A stretch of 63,144 bases of DNA, counting the filler, from Chiloscyllium plagiosum (Eukaryota), in the NCBI RefSeq assembly GCF_004010195.1. It is 4 parts of one record of this genome, joined end to end, with 100 filler letters (N's around TTAATTAATTAA, not from the genome) between each part and the next. Parts side by side here need not be neighbours in the genome. Positions count along the whole stretch, not along the records: positions 1 to 19,818 come from NC_057712.1; positions 19,919 to 42,026 come from NC_057712.1; 2 more parts are not named here. One strand, given 5' to 3'. Under the pieces are notes generated by a model, which saw nothing but the letters and a program-made list of their open reading frames with translations, searched no databases and was not told where the DNA came from. Shown in pieces: positions 12,017 through 25,120 of this stretch. The position numbers and the translations under genes are program-made. Within the stretch, counting starts at the first letter, position 1. Every line of letters starts with the position of its first letter.

Positions 12017-12375
12017 GGGAAGGCGATGGTGTAGTGATATTATTCTTGGACTGATAATCCAGAAACCCAGGTAATGTTCTGGGAATCTCTGTTCAAATCC
12101 CACTATAGCAAATGGTAGAATTTGAATTCAATAAATATCTGGAATTCAAGAGTCTATTGATGACCATGAATATATTGTCGATTGTCAGAAAATTCCATCT
12201 GGTTCACTAATGTCTTTTGGAGAAGGAAACTACCATCCTTACCTGCTCTGGCCTACATGTGATTCCAGACCCACAGCAATGGGGTTGACTCCTAACTCCC
12301 CTCTGGGCAATTAAGGATAAGCAATAAATACTGACCTAGCCAGCGATGCCTTCATCTCATGAATTAATCTTTAAA
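12017..12375 (+). mobile_element. SacSINE1-like Deu-SINE
   Basis: tRNA-like head TGGTGTAGTG...GTTCAAATCCC, body GGTTCACTAATGTC...CCTTACCTGCTCTGGCCTACATGTGATTCCAGACCCACAGCAATG, tail CAATAAAT...GCCAGCGATGCC; repeated at 32930, 62100 and 21900. Confidence 0.8.
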
Positions 12376-12744
12376 AATCGCATGATTGTTCCCCAAGTGT
12401 TCAGTCATGTTGGCTCCGAAATTAACTCATTATGTATGAGCTATTAAGCTGCGGAGAGTTAGCTTATCTGCTTCTGACTCTATGGTATTTCTGCTATTCC
12501 TCAGCCTTAACTTGAGCTTTGGAGCAGGCAAATGGAATATTAACAGGAAGGATGCAGGGTCTAGAATCATAGAATCTCCTTTGATAAATACATGGATTGG
12601 ATCTGTAATATAATTGGGATCCAACCTGTAAGTGATTTAAAAAAAAGAGTGGGGACATAACAAAGGTTTTTCTTTCATAGGTTTGGCTTGACAGGAAAGC
12701 CTCCAATCAGGAGCCAGATTGTGGACCAAAAGAGGTGGAATGCA

Positions 12745-12940
12745 TCATAGTCCAAAGATATGTATGTTAGGTGGGTTGGCCATGATAAATTGTCCATAGT
12801 ATCCAGGGATATAGAGGCTAGGTGGATTAGCCATGGGAAGTGCAGGATTGCGGAGATAGGGTAGGGAGGTAGGTCTGGGTTTTCGGAGGATCGATGTGGA
12901 CTCGAATGGCCTGCTTCCACACTTTACGTATTCTATGATC
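12745..12940 (+). mobile_element. HE1-type SINE 3' half
   Basis: AGTCCAAAGAT...GGCCTGCTTCCACACT, similar to 1870-2060. Confidence 0.75.
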
Positions 12941-13246
12941 GATACTGATAAATTTCCTTTTGAGTTTCTTAACATACTCGAGAAACAGGAAAACTCTTCC
13001 ATAACTCCAATAAAGTATCCAGTGGCTCAGATTTCTGCTTGTTTTGATGACTTTTAAATTGTCACTGGTTGATCAGAAAACTGTGTATCAAGTTATATTC
13101 AAATGACTTGCACAACCCATCTCTGTCTACCATTTCCCTTCTGTTTTTCTCAAACAATTGAGACACATTCACAATTTAAATTTAGAAATTTTGGAAAATT
13201 TTGATGAACAAAACTGCAGTTTCTCAGCTGTTTCTTCTATATCCCA

Positions 13247-13550
13247 TAGAGTCATAGAGATGTACAGCATGGAAACAGACCCTTCGGTCCAACTCATCAA
13301 TGCCGACCAGATATCCCAACCTAATCTAGTCCCACCTGCCAACACCCGACCCATATCCCTCCAAACGCTTTCTATTCATATACCCATCCAAATGCCCCTT
13401 AAATGTTGCAATTGTACCAGCCTCCACCACTTCCTCTGGCAGCTTATTCCATACACGTACCACCCTCTGCATGAAAAAGTTGCCCCGTAGGTCTCTTTTA
13501 TATCTTTCCCCTCTCACCCTAAACCTATGCCCTGTAGTTCTGGACTCCTC
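13247..13550 (-). mobile_element. CR1/HER1 LINE 3' end
   Basis: RGERYKRDLRGNFFMQRVVRVWNKLP plus CTCTATGACTCTATG tail. Confidence 0.9.
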
Positions 13551-16529
13551 CCTAATCCATGCTTTCCTTGTTCCTTAACATTTTTTTACTTTAAATTTAT
13601 GAAGTTATTTTCTATGGTTTGTTTTGTATTAGGTTCCCAGTACACTGGAGCATTGTTCTTTTTCTCTACTTTGAAGATGGATATAAAGGCTTCAATGACT
13701 CCAAGTTTGGAGTATTTAAAAAATGAACCAAGTGGGCTTCATATTGTCTGTATGTCATTAAAGAGATAGGACATCTCATTAATCTGTTCATATTAGACTC
13801 CCACTGCTGCTGGACAGGAAATGGAAGAAAATTAGAATAACACAAGTGTTAGATCTCTGGAGTACTAGCTTGCCAGGTTTGTCATGTGTTAAAATATACC
13901 CTACAACAAGACCACATGTGCACTTAACAAGCCTGCCATGTCCTTATTATCCATTAAAGTCTTATTTTTATGTTAACTTTAATTGATCCACATTCCTTTT
14001 ACTACTCTCTTAAAATATTAAAAACAATTGTCAGCTTTGATAGTCCTTTTATTTTTTTTCCCATATTCTCTTTGCATCTTATTAATTGTTTCCTGTTCTA
14101 CTGTGGCTTTTTTTTAAAAACCCTTACAGTTGATTGGACTTCCAGACTTCCTTCCGTTTGTGTGTCTTGTTTGATATTAGTTTGATATTACTTCTTCATT
14201 TGATTACAATAATTGCAGAACCGCTCAAGCTAGGTCTGTGCCTTTAAGGAGGCTTTGCTTGGTTTATATTGTGTAAGATTCTTATTTGAATATTTCACAC
14301 TCTTTGCCTGTAGATTTATCCAGTAACAGTTCAACCCAGATTTCTCCAGAGAATTTTCACCCTATCGAAGGTTTCCTTATTTAAATTTAAAACCTTGTCT
14401 TGTGAGTCCCTTCTTTCCTTCAAATATTTTAATGATTGGGTCATGTTCAAATAGGTGCAATAAGTATCCATAAGTAAGATATATGATTTTGTTTATATCT
14501 AAAGTATATTTTTTGCAAAGGCTTAGTTATCATCTGTACAAATTTAGAATTCATGAGGCAGTTTACTGTATCACACAACTCAAATCAACCTCAACTAGAA
14601 TTATTATGGTGCTTAACATACACAGAGTGAATAGGAGCATTCATTGATAGTGCATGATAGTGCTTTATTTTGTTTCATAAAACTATGAAAGTTAGGAAAA
14701 TAACAATTTTTAAAATGTCATTCATATTGTAGAGGCCAGCTGAAGTTAAATGGGATATGGTACAATGTCACTGTAATACAGTACTCTTTGGAATGCATCC
14801 CACATCAGATAAATGATGCAGATATTGGAAGCTTGTAATAAAAATATGCAGTGAGCCATGAACAATAACTCCTGTGTTCCGCAAGTACATGTTGCATCTT
14901 TGTAAAATAATTCTACCATGCATGGAAGATTCTGTTTATAAATTGAATTTTCTTCAAGAACGGAAACATTGTCAACTATAAAACTATGTCATTTACAACT
15001 AAGGTGGGATTGTTCTGCTAGGGAAGCTCATTGAAAGTGTAAATAATGCAGGATATATAGATTGGTCATGACTAAGCAACATTTCAGACAATAATGACTT
15101 TCTGTCAGTCTTATACCAATACTGCTGTATTCAGTCTCTGTGATTTCTCTTCCTTTCTTAGACAACATGTCCGATCTGCTTCAAAGTTGATTTTTGTGTC
15201 ACTCAACTGACGGCTGTTTGAATCATAATCATGTGGTGGCAGCAATGAAGATGTATTTTTATTCAACAATTTAACTGACTTTTTTGTCCCATCAAAACTG
15301 CTTTAAAAAAAGTGATATCAAAATTAGCCTTCCCTGACTGCACCCATCTAAATCATTTGCATAGCTACAATCAGAGGATGCAACACATTCTTCTTGTCCA
15401 TTTTCCCATGAATTTTCCTTTTGGATTGATAATACCCCATTAAATAGTCTAGAAATTTTGTGCCTTCATTAGTCTTTAGGAACCCAAGTGACACCTAAAC
15501 CTCAAATAGAGTGAGTAGAAAGTGAGTGTAATAGTCATAGTCAAACTGGACCAGAGGGCTCCCAAGATCAATCACTCACTCAGCTTATTCTCTTCACTTG
15601 GATGGCCTTCATTCAGATTTTTGGTATCTGGTTCTTTCTTAATTTCTCACTTAATATCTGCTTCATTCAAATTTATGACTGATTTGTCAATAGAAATAAG
15701 ATTCCTCCTGCTTATACATGGTTTTTTTGGACAACTATTTTTTCTATTTCTTGTTCCCTTATCTTTTCTCTTATCAATCAGACTAGGTCCTAGTACAGTA
15801 CATTGAATTATAATAGGAAGATTGTTGTTTTCTTAAGGCTGGTCTTATTTTTTAATTCTTCAGTGATCCTACTGGTAGCCCTAGAAGTAATTTTTTGGGT
15901 AATTTATAAGTTTCATTCAAAGTTTCTGTTCATCAATAATTCCAATGGTGCCAACCTTATTGTAGTGGAATAGAGTGATAAATTAGGAGTGACAGCGAGT
16001 AAAGAGACTGGAGATGCAGCCCTGTCCTGTACATGGGCCGGGCACATGTCCCTGAGCGCATAGTGTCTTTGCATCATTAATGCAGTCCAAGGTGCAGTAT
16101 TGTAGTGTAGTAGCAGATTGGAGATGTGACATGAGGATTCTTAGAGTTTGGCACATATCAGATGCTAGTGTCTATGGACATGGGTGGGTGCCCATGGAGC
16201 TGTCCTTAGATGTTGCTGCCCAGTGTCCATAATGGAAGTCATTCAGAGCAAATGGCAAACTATCAGGTAGCTGCTCTGGCTTCGTGTTGAATTTTCTCAA
16301 TGTATAGCTTATTTGGTGAGATAGAAAATCTGAATATTAATGTGGAAAGTTGGGCTGTCAAGGAGTCATTTAACAAGCAAAAATCCCATTTAATTGGCAA
16401 TTTACCATTGAGTGGTGAGAAACTTAACACACCCCTTGTGAAAAGCAGAATCGATGGAACATGATGCTCCTGCAGTTGAGATCAGACTCACTGAACTTCT
16501 TGTTTGATTCTGCCACAAATTTCACCATG

Positions 16530-17130
16530 GCCTGCATCATCTCAGACCCCTGTAAGATTCTATCCATAGTCTTCCTCAGATTGCAATAAGTCTGAGAAGT
16601 ATTCATTGACAATATTGATGTATTGTGATTGAATTTAGGTTTGCTTTTAGGTCTCCAAACTTGCATGCTTCAACCGGCTTACAAAGGTTACTAATGTAAA
16701 AGCAAAGTATCACAGATGTTGGAGATCTGAGTTAAAAACAGAAAGAGTTGAAAAAACTCAGCAGGCCTGGTAGCATCTGCAGAGAGATTAACAGAGTTAA
16801 ACATTTCCAACCCAATGAACCTTCTTAAGAACTGTCCCAAAGAAGAGGCATGAAACACAAATGTTAAGTCTGTTTCTTCATTGACAGATGCTGCCAGACT
16901 TGCTAAGATAAAATAAAAGCATCTGTTGGTTTTCATGGTTTGAGTATTCATTTGTTGAATTTTTCCTTTTCGAGAATCTTACCGTTTCTCCATTTTGAAA
17001 TAGTTTTTGAAAGCTTTTAACACTTGTTCAAATTCATCTGAGGTCTCAGTAAGCCCTGTCTTGCAATAGTATCACCTGCTTTGCTCCTATGAAATAAACT
17101 TCAGTTTCAGACACATTGTCTAATCCTAAT
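16530..17130 (-). mobile_element. Gypsy-type LTR retrotransposon gag relic
   Basis: Minus-strand peptides DEFEQVLKAFKNYF, KILEKEKFNK, EACKFGDLK and FSDLLQSEED, in the order of Gypsy gag motifs (..VL.KFD.YF..ERAKFN..CEYGDL..LSDLLQ); interrupted by a fold-back element. Confidence 0.6.
16695..16905. mobile_element. Fold-back element made of two inverted PLE-type 3' ends
   Basis: AGCAGGCCTGGTAGCATCTG...ACAGAGTTAA pairs with TTAAGTCTGT...CAGATGCTGCCAGACTTGCT. Confidence 0.7.
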
Positions 17131-18834
17131 GCAGTTGGATTTGCAAAAATGTTTTTTCTCTGAACAGCAAACGTTGAGTTTGATTTGGTTCCTGGCCAAG
17201 TGTCCAAACCTGTCAAGTTATGTAAGTTTGGGACCCATGGCTTTTCTTGCATTGTAGATGGTTTACCTTCTATATTTTCCACATTTGAAGTACTCCAGAA
17301 CTGCCCAACTCTCATTGACTTTCACTCCAGAGGAATCTCTCATCAAAACTTTATATTTATATCTTGAACATGGAAAAACTGCTTTGCTTTAAATTGTTTC
17401 AATAATCTCTTCACTCCCTCCTCCCAGAATATTGAGCTTTTGCGGTCACATAGCTTTGTGCTACCTTATGCCCACCATATGGTAATGGCATTGACCTCAG
17501 ATCTGGATTGCAGGTTTTTTTTAAAGCCACCCTTACGAGGGACCTGATCTGCCTACTCCTATTTTGGGAATTAGTCATCTCAATCTTTGCTTAATTCTCC
17601 GGCTCAAAGACTGAGTGTTGGATTGGGATTTCTTCTGAAACTACCATGCTTCTGCATTCAACCTTGACTTACTTTGCAAGTTGGGTTTTCTGGCTCTCTT
17701 TGTCTGTGGAGTAGTTTTGGAATTCTCATACCATTTTATAGGTCTCCATTTAATATTCTTTTCAAGTTGAATTTCCAGTATTTGGAATCCATCACGTGTT
17801 GCAAATATTTTTAAATCAACCAGTTCAGACATGTTATGATATACCTCTCACCTGGACCTTCTGACCGAGAGGCACCATCACTACACCACACAAGCCCCTT
17901 GTTACCACCTTGTTATTTTGGCTAGTCTAGCTTCAGAAAGGTTGTTGTTGGTATATATTCAATTAGTAACTGGTCTACTATATAACAAAGAACTATGATC
18001 AGCTCTGCATGATCAAGATCTACAAGCTAAAATCATGATCATTCTCACTCAAATTCTCAGTAATGTGTTTTCTTAAATCATTATGGGAGATTTGAAAAAA
18101 ATCATGGGATATGGATATCTCTGGCTTGACAATTGTTGTCCATTCTTAATTGCTCTGGAGAAGTTTCTTTCTTGAATTCCTGTGGTCATAAAGATGCAAG
18201 GACATCCACAATGTTATTCAGAAGGATTTTGATCCTGTGACTGAGGGAATAGCAATATAGTTCCAAGCCAGCAAGATGTGTGGCTTGGAGGGCAATTTGC
18301 AGATGGTAGTTTTCCTATGCAGCTGATGCCCTTGCCCTTAGAAGTGGTAAAGGTTGTACATTTGGAAGTTGCTGTTGCAGGAACCTTGAAGAGTTACTGC
18401 AAAGAATGTTGTCAATGGTACACACTGTTGCCATTGTATATCGATGGTGAAGGGAGTGAAGTCAAAGGTGTAGATGGAGTGCCAATCAAATGGGCTGCTT
18501 TGTCCTAGAGAGTGTTGAGATATATGAATATTGTTGAATCTGCACTCATCCAGGCAAGTGGGACAGTATTCCATCACACTTCTGACTTACATTTAATGGA
18601 TAGTAAATAAGTTTTGGGGACATGGGAATTGAGTTACATGCTGCATAATTTGACCTGCTTCTCTATCTATAGTATTTACGTAAAAACCGATAGAACCATG
18701 GATGCTGTAAATCAGAGACAAAAATAGAAATTGCTAGAAAAGCTCAGCAGGTCTGGTTGCATTTGTGAAGAGGATTAGAGTTAACATTTCAGGTCGAGTG
18801 ACATTTCCTCAGAATTGATGGTAGCTAGGAAAAT

Positions 18835-20130
18835 CAAAACTACCAGCAATGGTTCTCCTTCAGGATCCTCCACTCCACACTCACAGCAATGCACCGGCAC
18901 CTAACCTCTCTACAGTCAGCCCTGCCTCAACTGAGGGTCACACTCTCCCAGAACTGCAAAGGACCCATTCTGTACTATATTCTAAGAAGAATTCATACTC
19001 TCAACAAACAGTATTTCAACACCATCTCAAACACCAAAAACTGTAAGTACAACAAACTTTTGTACAACCAACTCCATAACCAGCACTCCTCAAACATTCC
19101 AGAAGATTCCCCCGGCATCTAGAACTGCTCGGACGCCATTAGCCATGTGGCTGGTACAGCTACCATCCCCACGGTGATCGGTGATGTCACTTGCGCCCCC
19201 AGGATGGCCACTTCCGCCCCTCACGATTTCTCATGCACCACACGTGACATCAAACGCTCAGCAACTTCTGCCCCACCCACTGCCGTGTTCGCCACCATTT
19301 CCGCCCTTACAAACGCCACTCACCTGCATTCTGCCGACACGCCCCCACAGATCCCACTATCACGATCCCCGCCCCCAGAACCCTAAGGGGAACATCTCCC
19401 CTGCTCATGACTCCGACCCCATTCCCCTACCATCACACCCACTCTAGCTACAGGCTCCACCCCCACTCTCGGCTCCACACCTATACCAGGTCCTAGCTCC
19501 CCGCACTGCCGAGTTTTCAACATCCCCCCAGACCTTCCCTCATTGAGGACAAATGATCAGTCCTCAGCAATGGCTTTACCTTTATACCCCTCCACCACGC
19601 ATCAATGAATTTAATACGCATCATGATGTCAAACACTTCTTCTGCCGCCTCCACCTAGGAGCTTACTTTTTCAATCAGGACTCCAATCCACCTTCCAAGG
19701 ATCCCTTCACCCGCCTCCAGCACACTCCATCCACCTGAACACCCCGTGCTGGCCTATTACCTGCCCCCGACCTCTTCATTTCCAACTGCCGCCGGGACAT
19801 TAACCGCCTCAACCTGTCNNNNNNNNNNNNNNNNNNNNNNNNNNNNNNNNNNNNNNNNNNNNTTAATTAATTAANNNNNNNNNNNNNNNNNNNNNNNNNN
19901 NNNNNNNNNNNNNNNNNNCCTATTGTATTCTTTGCTACCTTCTCCCCAGCCCCCCCGTCCCCCATTTATCTCTCCACCCTGGAGGTTCCCTGCCTCCATT
20001 CTTGATGAAGGCTTTTGCCCAAAACGTTGATTTTCCTGCTCCTCGGATGCTGCCTGACCGTCTGTGCTTTTCCAGCACCACACTGATCTAAACTCTGGTT
20101 TCCAGCATCTGCAGTCCTCACTTTTATCTA
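18835..20130 (+). mobile_element. Penelope-like element (inner), with assembly gap
   Basis: INEFNTHHDVKHFFCRLHLGAYFFNQDS N-terminal motif; PLE 3' end 19920-20130; perfect 14-bp flanking duplication GTAGCTAGGAAAAT (18821-18834, 20131-20144). Confidence 0.8.
19819..19918. other. Assembly spacer (44 N + TTAATTAATTAA + 44 N)
   Basis: Identical 100-nt construct at 42027-42126 and 60656-60755. Confidence 0.97.
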
Positions 20131-20391
20131 GTAGCTAGGAAAATGTCAGTTTATTTGCAGAAGATAGGGTGGAGGGGGTTGGGGGGAAGGAGTAAATGAT
20201 AGGTAGACATTATGCCCAAAGAGAAAGAAGAGCAGTTGGACAGACAAATGAGTTGACGACAATCTGGCTACGAGGGTGAATAGCTGTTATTGGAGACTTT
20301 TAGTGACTAACATTGAGTGGTATGTAATAGCAGACTATGTGATAACAAAGTCTGGTGTGTTGGGGTTGGGGCAAGGACATAAGAGAGCTCA

Positions 20392-20511
20392 TTTCTATGA
20401 CTTATAGTCCTGCTCCACAGCTACCTGATGAAGGAGCAGCACTCTGAAAGCTTGTGTTTCCAATTAAACCTGTTGGACTATAAGCTGGTGTTGTGTGATT
20501 TTTAACTTTGT
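20392..20511 (+). mobile_element. Short hammerhead-bearing PLE-derived insertion
   Basis: TAC-CTGATGA-A-GGAG-CAGCA-CTCT-GAAA-GCTT-GTG at 20422-20456; interrupts the outer PLE; same family as 4781-4855. Confidence 0.75.
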
Positions 20512-21899
20512 CAAGCCGTAAAGTTATTGAACTCGATATTGAGTCCAGAAGGCTGCAGGGACCCCAGGCAGAAAACGAGATGCTGTTCTTCCAGCTTGTT
20601 GGCCAGGGTACATGGTAGTGTGTGAAAGTGGCAGGCAACTGGAAATTTAGGATCTTTTTTGCAAAGTTCAGGTTAAGTTTTGTGAAGCGGTCACCCAGTC
20701 AACGTGATGTTTTCCCAATTACAGGAGGCCACATTGTCAGCAACGAGTGCAGAAGATTGGATTGTGTGAAGTGCAGGTTAAGCGCTGCTTCATCTAGAAG
20801 GTGTGTTTGGGCCCTTGGATACTGAGGAGAGAGGAAATAAATGGACAGATGTTGTACCTTTTGTGGTTGCAGCAGAAGGTGGCATGAAGCTGTGGCGGGG
20901 GTGGGGTTGATGGGCTGGTGTTCGGAGTGAAAAAAGAGTGGGCCAGGATGCTCTGGAAGGAACGGTCCCCATGAAACGCTAACATGAGAGAGAGGGAGAA
21001 TATATGTGTGGTGGTGGCTACTGATCCTCTGGATGTGGATGCTGGTGGGATGGTAGGTAAAGACTCCCAACACCATTCTCACAGCATCATGGTACCTCTC
21101 ACTGCAACCTCTATTTCTATTTTTGTTGCAGTATTTATGTAACTAGTCCAATTCAGGTTCTAGTTAGTGTTAATCCCTGGGATATTGTTAGTTGGGATTC
21201 ACTGGTGGTAATGGCAATGACTGGATGATCATGTTTATGTGCAGCACATGTTATTTGCCACCTTTTAGCCTAAGCTAAATCTAACATTGTTGTCTAGATC
21301 CTGCTGCATCTAGGTATGGATTTTTCATTGTTTACATGCTGCTGAACATTGTGCAATCCTTGTGCAAGTCTGAGCTGACATCAGAAGCTGAGTATCCTGG
21401 TGGAACCCAAATTGAGTGTCTTTGAGCAGGGAATGCCTTCTATGATGCTGGAGACCTCAGGAGGAGGCGAGAGTGGATCATCCTTCCTTAGATATGGGGC
21501 CCAAAACTGCACTGAATTATCCACATGCATTCTGACCAGAACCTTACATAGCCTCAACAGTAAATCTCCAAGTGGTGTTCTACATGGAACAGAATTAATT
21601 CATCATTTGAGGGTGTGTGGTATGCGCAGAATATTTCTATGAACAAAACAGAGTTCTGGACAAACACAGCAGGTCTGGCAGCATCTGCAGACAAAAATAG
21701 TCACTGTTTCAAATCCAGTGATCCTTGTCAGAGTGTCACTGTGTCAGGCTTTGCTTGACTAGTCTGTAGGTTAGCTCTCTCAGTTTTGGCAAAAAGACCC
21801 CCTGATGTTTGTCAATACCTCTCTGCAGAATCTTCAGGACTGAGTGTTCCATTGTCATTTTTTATGCTTAGGTTGATGTCAGGTTGTTCATACATTTTC

Positions 21900-22220
21900 T
21901 CTCTGCTTCATAACAGTTTTGATAGAACTGACTGACTTGTTAGACCATTTCAGAGGGCATTTCTGAGTCAACCACATTACTATTGGTCTGGGTTCACACG
22001 TAAGCCAGATCAAAAAAGGATACTGGTTTACTTTCCCTAAAATACATTATTAAACCATTTGGGTTTTGCAATAATCAACAATGGTTTCTTGGCCACCATT
22101 ACATCAACTTTTAATTCCAGATATTTTTAAATGTAAATTTCAGCATTTGTCTTTGTGGCAATCAAACCTATGTCCCCAGAAAATTGAAGTTGGTCTCTGG
22201 ATTACTAGTCCAGCCACTAC
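21900..22220 (-). mobile_element. SacSINE1-like Deu-SINE (diverged)
   Basis: Reverse-homologous to 12017-12310. Confidence 0.7.
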
Positions 22221-22223
22221 TTA

Positions 22224-24000
22224 AAGTCATAGAGATGTACACCATGGAAACAGACCCTTCAGTCCAACTCATCAAATGCTGACCAGATATCCTAGATTAA
22301 TCTAGTCCCATTTGCCAGCACTTGGCCCATATCCCTCTAAACCCTTTCTATTATGTACCCATCCAGATGTTCTTTAAATGTTGTAATTGTATCAGCCTCC
22401 ACCACTTCGTCTAGCAACTCATTCCATACATGCACCTTTTAATGAAAAAGTTGCCTCTTAGGTCCCTTTTAAATCTTTCCCCTCTTACCCTAAACTTATG
22501 CCGTCTAGTTCTGGACTCTCCCAACATAGGGAAAAGACCTTGTCTATTTATCCAATCCATGCCCCTCATGATCTTCGAAACCTCAGCCTATGACGGAAGA
22601 CAGCCCCAGCCAATTCAGCCTCTCCCTATAGCTAAAATTGACCAACCCTGGCAGTGACTGACAGCACCAACTCCATCAGCAAGGACAGCATCCTTAAACT
22701 AGTAGAACTGTATCTCACAACCCACTTCACCTTCAACGACAAAATCTATAAACAATTCAACGGGACACCTATGGAATCACCAACATCAGGACTCTTAGCA
22801 GAAGCAGTTATGCAGAGGTTAGAACAAACAGCCCTTCCCACAATCCAGCCCAAGCTTTCGGTCCACTATGTGCATGACGCCTTTGTCATCACAAACGCAA
22901 CAAATTAGAAGAAACCCACAAACACATAAACAACATCCTTACTGGTATAAAGTTCACCAAAAGGGAAGAGAATAATAACAGACTCCCCTTCCTAAACGTC
23001 TCAGTAGAACTAAAAGCCATTGGAGAGCTGCAGACCAGAGTTTACAGGAAAGCCACACACACTGACCGCATACTCAACTACAGGAGCAATCATCCCTACA
23101 CCCACAAACAGAGCTGCATTAGGACATTATTTAAATGAGCTACAATACACTGTAGCACCCAGTAATTAGGAGAAGCTGAGGAAAAAGATTTATACAATGT
23201 TTTCAGGAATAACGGGTACCCGATAAGCACAGTCTGCCGATTCTGCACTAGACCTAAACAAGAAGACAGAACATGCCCAGAGTCTCTAGCCACCCTGCCA
23301 TCCATCAAAGACACTTCATAGGTGACAGCCAGACTACTCCGGCCCCTAGGCATCATGATAGCCCACAAAACCTACCACCACACTGAAACAGCTCCTGATG
23401 AATTTAAAGGAGCCTATACCAACAACCAGCAGAACAAACATCTTTTACAAAATACCCTGCAAGGACTACAACCAACATTACATTGGACAAACGGGCAACA
23501 AACTAGCCACCAAAAGACATGACCAACTATCACTGGTATCCATACACGCAGCCGAAGAGGGACACCAGTTCGACTGGAACAATACATCGATTCTGGGACA
23601 CGCTAAATAAAGACACACATGGGAATTCCTAGAGGCCTGGCATTCAAACCTGAATTCCATTAACAACCATATAGCTTTGGAACCCATTTACCAACCTCTC
23701 AGTAACAGAACCAGAAATGATATCACCCACCACAACAAACCGGGACAGAACACTAAAACCTCACCGGAGAGTTACTGTTGATGTTACCTAACATGGTGAT
23801 GAAATGTCTAAGAACAAATTTACTGGCTCAGTGAGCAAATTTACAACCTGATCCACATCCTGAGATACAAATCCTCTCCAAAATCTCAAACTGTCTTCAC
23901 TATCCTATCTACCTGCGACTCCACTTTTGAGGAATTATGAACCTGTACTCCAAGGTCTATTTGTTCAGCAATACTCCCCAGGATCTTACTATTAAGTGTA
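22224..24000 (-). mobile_element. CR1/HER1 3' fragment split by a Penelope insertion
   Basis: CR1 tail at 22224-22652; upstream CR1 sequence reappears at 23893-24000. Confidence 0.75.
22653..23890 (+). mobile_element. Penelope-like element, RT C-half plus GIY-YIG, degraded
   Basis: HFTFNDKIYKQFNGTPMESPTSGLLAEAVMQRLE, YVHD (YVDD-derived), IFYKIPCKDYNQHYIGQTGNKL; decayed hammerhead ~23775-23810. Confidence 0.9.
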
Positions 24001-24389
24001 TGTTCACATCCTCTAATACACAATCTCAGACATTTTTAAACACTAATATAACAGCAAAAAAATTTAATTTATATAATATAAATTACCATAGTGTGGAACT
24101 AAGAGGTTTTGCATCAAAAACACAGGCCACTGGTGACCACCATTGCCCTGCTTTCCTTCATCCACTTCTGATTATGTCCTTCTCAATGCCTTTGTCTCTT
24201 GGTTGCTGCCATGTTAATCACTTTACCTTCCCTTTTAAGCAGGTAGCTGAATCCACTACTATCAATGGAGTAACTTGAAGTTCAAAGTCTCTTCCCTCAT
24301 GAGTTACCTAGATTTGGCAGCAGTTTTCTGTAGCTTGCTTTAAATGAGCTTCCACGACTCAATATCTGTACATGGACGACCTATTACAA

Positions 24390-25120
24390 AGAGAACAAAG
24401 AACAGTACAGCATAGAAATAGACTCTTCCACCCAGTACGCCTACGCCTACACATAATGCCTTTCTAAACTAAATGCCTTTTGCCTCTACATAGTCTGTAT
24501 CCCTCTATTCCCTGCCTATCTATATATTTATTTATCAAAGATATCTCTTAAAAATTGTATCTGCCTCCATCATCTCCTGTGGCAGCACATTCCAGGCACT
24601 TAACACTCTCTGTGCAAAAAAAAGCTTGCCTTTCACATCTCCTTTGAATTTATCCCCTTTTACCTTAAACCTATGTCCCCTAAAATTGACATTTCAACCC
24701 TTGGAAAAAACTCCAACTTTCTGTTCTATTCATGCTTCTGATAATTTTATAAACTTCTATCAAATTGCTCCTCAGCCTTTGATGTTCAAGGGAAAACAAA
24801 CTCAGTTTGCCCAATCTCCACTTATAGCTAATGTCCTCCAAACCAGGCAACATCCTTGTAAACTTTTTCTGTACCCTGTCCAAAGCCACCATATCCTTCT
24901 GTTAGTGTGGCAACCAGAACTGTACACAAAATTCCAAATGTGGCCGAACTAAAATTCTATACAGCTGCAACGTGATTTGTCAATTTTTATACTCTTTGCC
25001 CTGACCGATGAAGACAAGCATGCCATATGCCTTCTTGACCACGTGTGTTGCTACTTTCAGGAAAATATCAATCTGTATGTCTAGATTCCTCCGTACATTG
25101 ATGGCACTAAGGGTTCAGCA
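24390..25120 (-). mobile_element. CR1 LINE 3' fragment
   Basis: LDRVQKKFTRMLPGLEDISYKWRL...LIEVYKII. Confidence 0.85.

Larger units (their letters stand above)
18684..21129 (-). mobile_element. Penelope-like element (outer), GIY-YIG region and 3' end
   Basis: Minus-strand VFTYHPTSIHIQRI and degraded IFCTRC*QCGLL..GKT..LGDRF; degenerate hammerhead at ~18779-18813. Confidence 0.75.
18100..21440 (-). mobile_element. Old CR1/L2-group LINE 3' portion (tail shared with Deu-SINE), split by nested PLEs
   Basis: 18100-18683 is reverse-homologous to 50470-50980; sequence resumes at 21130 after AGTATTTA(C/T)GTAA duplication. Confidence 0.65.

Noticed and set aside
19863..19874. TTAATTAATTAA palindrome recurring three times
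   Set aside because: Always centred in exactly 44+44 N; an artificial six-frame-stop scaffolding linker, not biology
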